Positions 63,165-64,000 of a stretch of DNA of 64,000 bases are shown piece by piece. Within the stretch, counting starts at the first letter, position 1, and each line of letters starts with the position of its first letter. The stretch covers positions 927,676 through 991,675 of the forward strand of contig NW_019217786.1 in the NCBI RefSeq assembly GCF_002571385.2, in the 5' to 3' direction. The notes below the pieces were generated by a model, which did no database searches, was not told the origin of the DNA, and was given only the letters and a program-made list of their open reading frames with translations. A program made the translations under genes and the position numbers. The DNA is from Stylophora pistillata. Taxonomy: Eukaryota.

Positions 63165-63479
63165 ATATCTTATTAACCAAGCGCGAGGGCCGTACTGGGA
63201 GAATATCGGCCCGAGGTCTTGACAGTACGGACCGAGCGCAGCGAGGTCCGTACAAAAAAGACCGAGGGCCGATATTCTTCCAGTACGGTCCCGAGCAAGC
63301 TTGGTTAATAAGAGATTTATTATACGACTGAAGTTCAAAGGGACACAAGTGCGGTATCATTCGGGACCATTCGGGACAGTGCCCGGTCCAATACTTAGAG
63401 AATATCGGACCGGCAATAGAGCATTTTGATTGGTTGATTTTAGTTATTGGCCCTCTGACTGCCCGAGTCGTGTAATAAT
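63165..63479. mobile_element. Crypton-like hairpin element
   Basis: ATCTTATTAACCAAGC..GCGCAGC loop..GCTTGGTTAATAAGA stem, distal GATTGG, ends in AATAAT. Confidence 0.6.
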
Positions 63480-63480
63480 G

Positions 63481-63720
63481 TCATTTACTAACAGACAGTA
63501 GACAGAGGTTGATTACATTCAGAGCATGACGTAGACCAGCATAATCGGCTTTTTTGTATTTGTAAACATTTCTGTGGATTTTCGTTGGTGCTTTAACCGT
63601 GGCCATGAGCTCAAAAGACAAGATATTGTGGTCAGTGAAGACTCCTTCATTTCGCGGGGATAATACATCAGTCGTTGTCACTCTTTGTGGGTTGCTTGAA
63701 ATGATAAGGTCTAAGACATT
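63481..63720 (-). mobile_element. LINE apurinic endonuclease C-terminal fragment
   Basis: NVLDLII, TDHNIL and YKYKKADY motifs. Confidence 0.7.
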
Positions 63721-64000
63721 AACGGCCGTGCAATTCTCGCTGGATTGGTTGTTCGACAAACCAACTTTTGTGGGATTTTTTTGGGTGAACTTAAAGGGCA
63801 ACTATTTGGCTTTCGTGCTGCCAAGTTTTGATTCGATGGAAAGTATTTAAGTGTTGTTTTCGAGCGATTTTGGCGGGCATGTGTCAACAGAAGTTTCCTA
63901 CTTTCCCGTATCCTGTACACGGTGACTCGTGGTGAATAGGGCGTCAAGCTAAAACACATCAGAACGGCCTCAAATCGCGAGGAGAACAACACAGACTACT

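Overview
Eukaryotic, intron-rich, AT-rich genomic DNA with several N gaps. The repeat content (Nin-type tRNA SINEs, Penelope-like elements with minimal hammerheads, DIRS, hairpin MITEs) suggests a cnidarian, probably a stony coral; this is an inference. Host genes reconstructed by hand from splice sites: (1) a kinesin-6/KIF20B-like coiled-coil stalk and tail gene on the minus strand (4775-18768) with no motor domain visible in the window; (2) NudC (minus, 22506-29005), head-to-head with (3) an F-box/WD40 gene (plus, 29246-31336); (4-6) three 3-exon GPR157/cAMP-receptor-like GPCR paralogs; (7) a 4-exon secreted Cys-rich protein gene of 242 aa (51979-58077) that the ORF track shows only as fragments. 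Mobile DNA includes a decayed IS3EU-type integrase transposon next to a RecQ fragment, a full-length decayed DIRS tyrosine-recombinase retrotransposon (7477-12917) that appears to split a KIF20B-like exon, a HECT-like remnant, many MITEs, and LINE, Penelope-like and Dong-like fragments. The most intriguing observation is that a Crypton-like hairpin element sits exactly on the circle-junction sequence of the DIRS internal complementary region. The DIRS end and four sequence-unrelated hairpin elements share a long stem capped by a GNA-type mini-hairpin, several with a TAAT border. Two tandem duplications beside N gaps are probably assembly artefacts.
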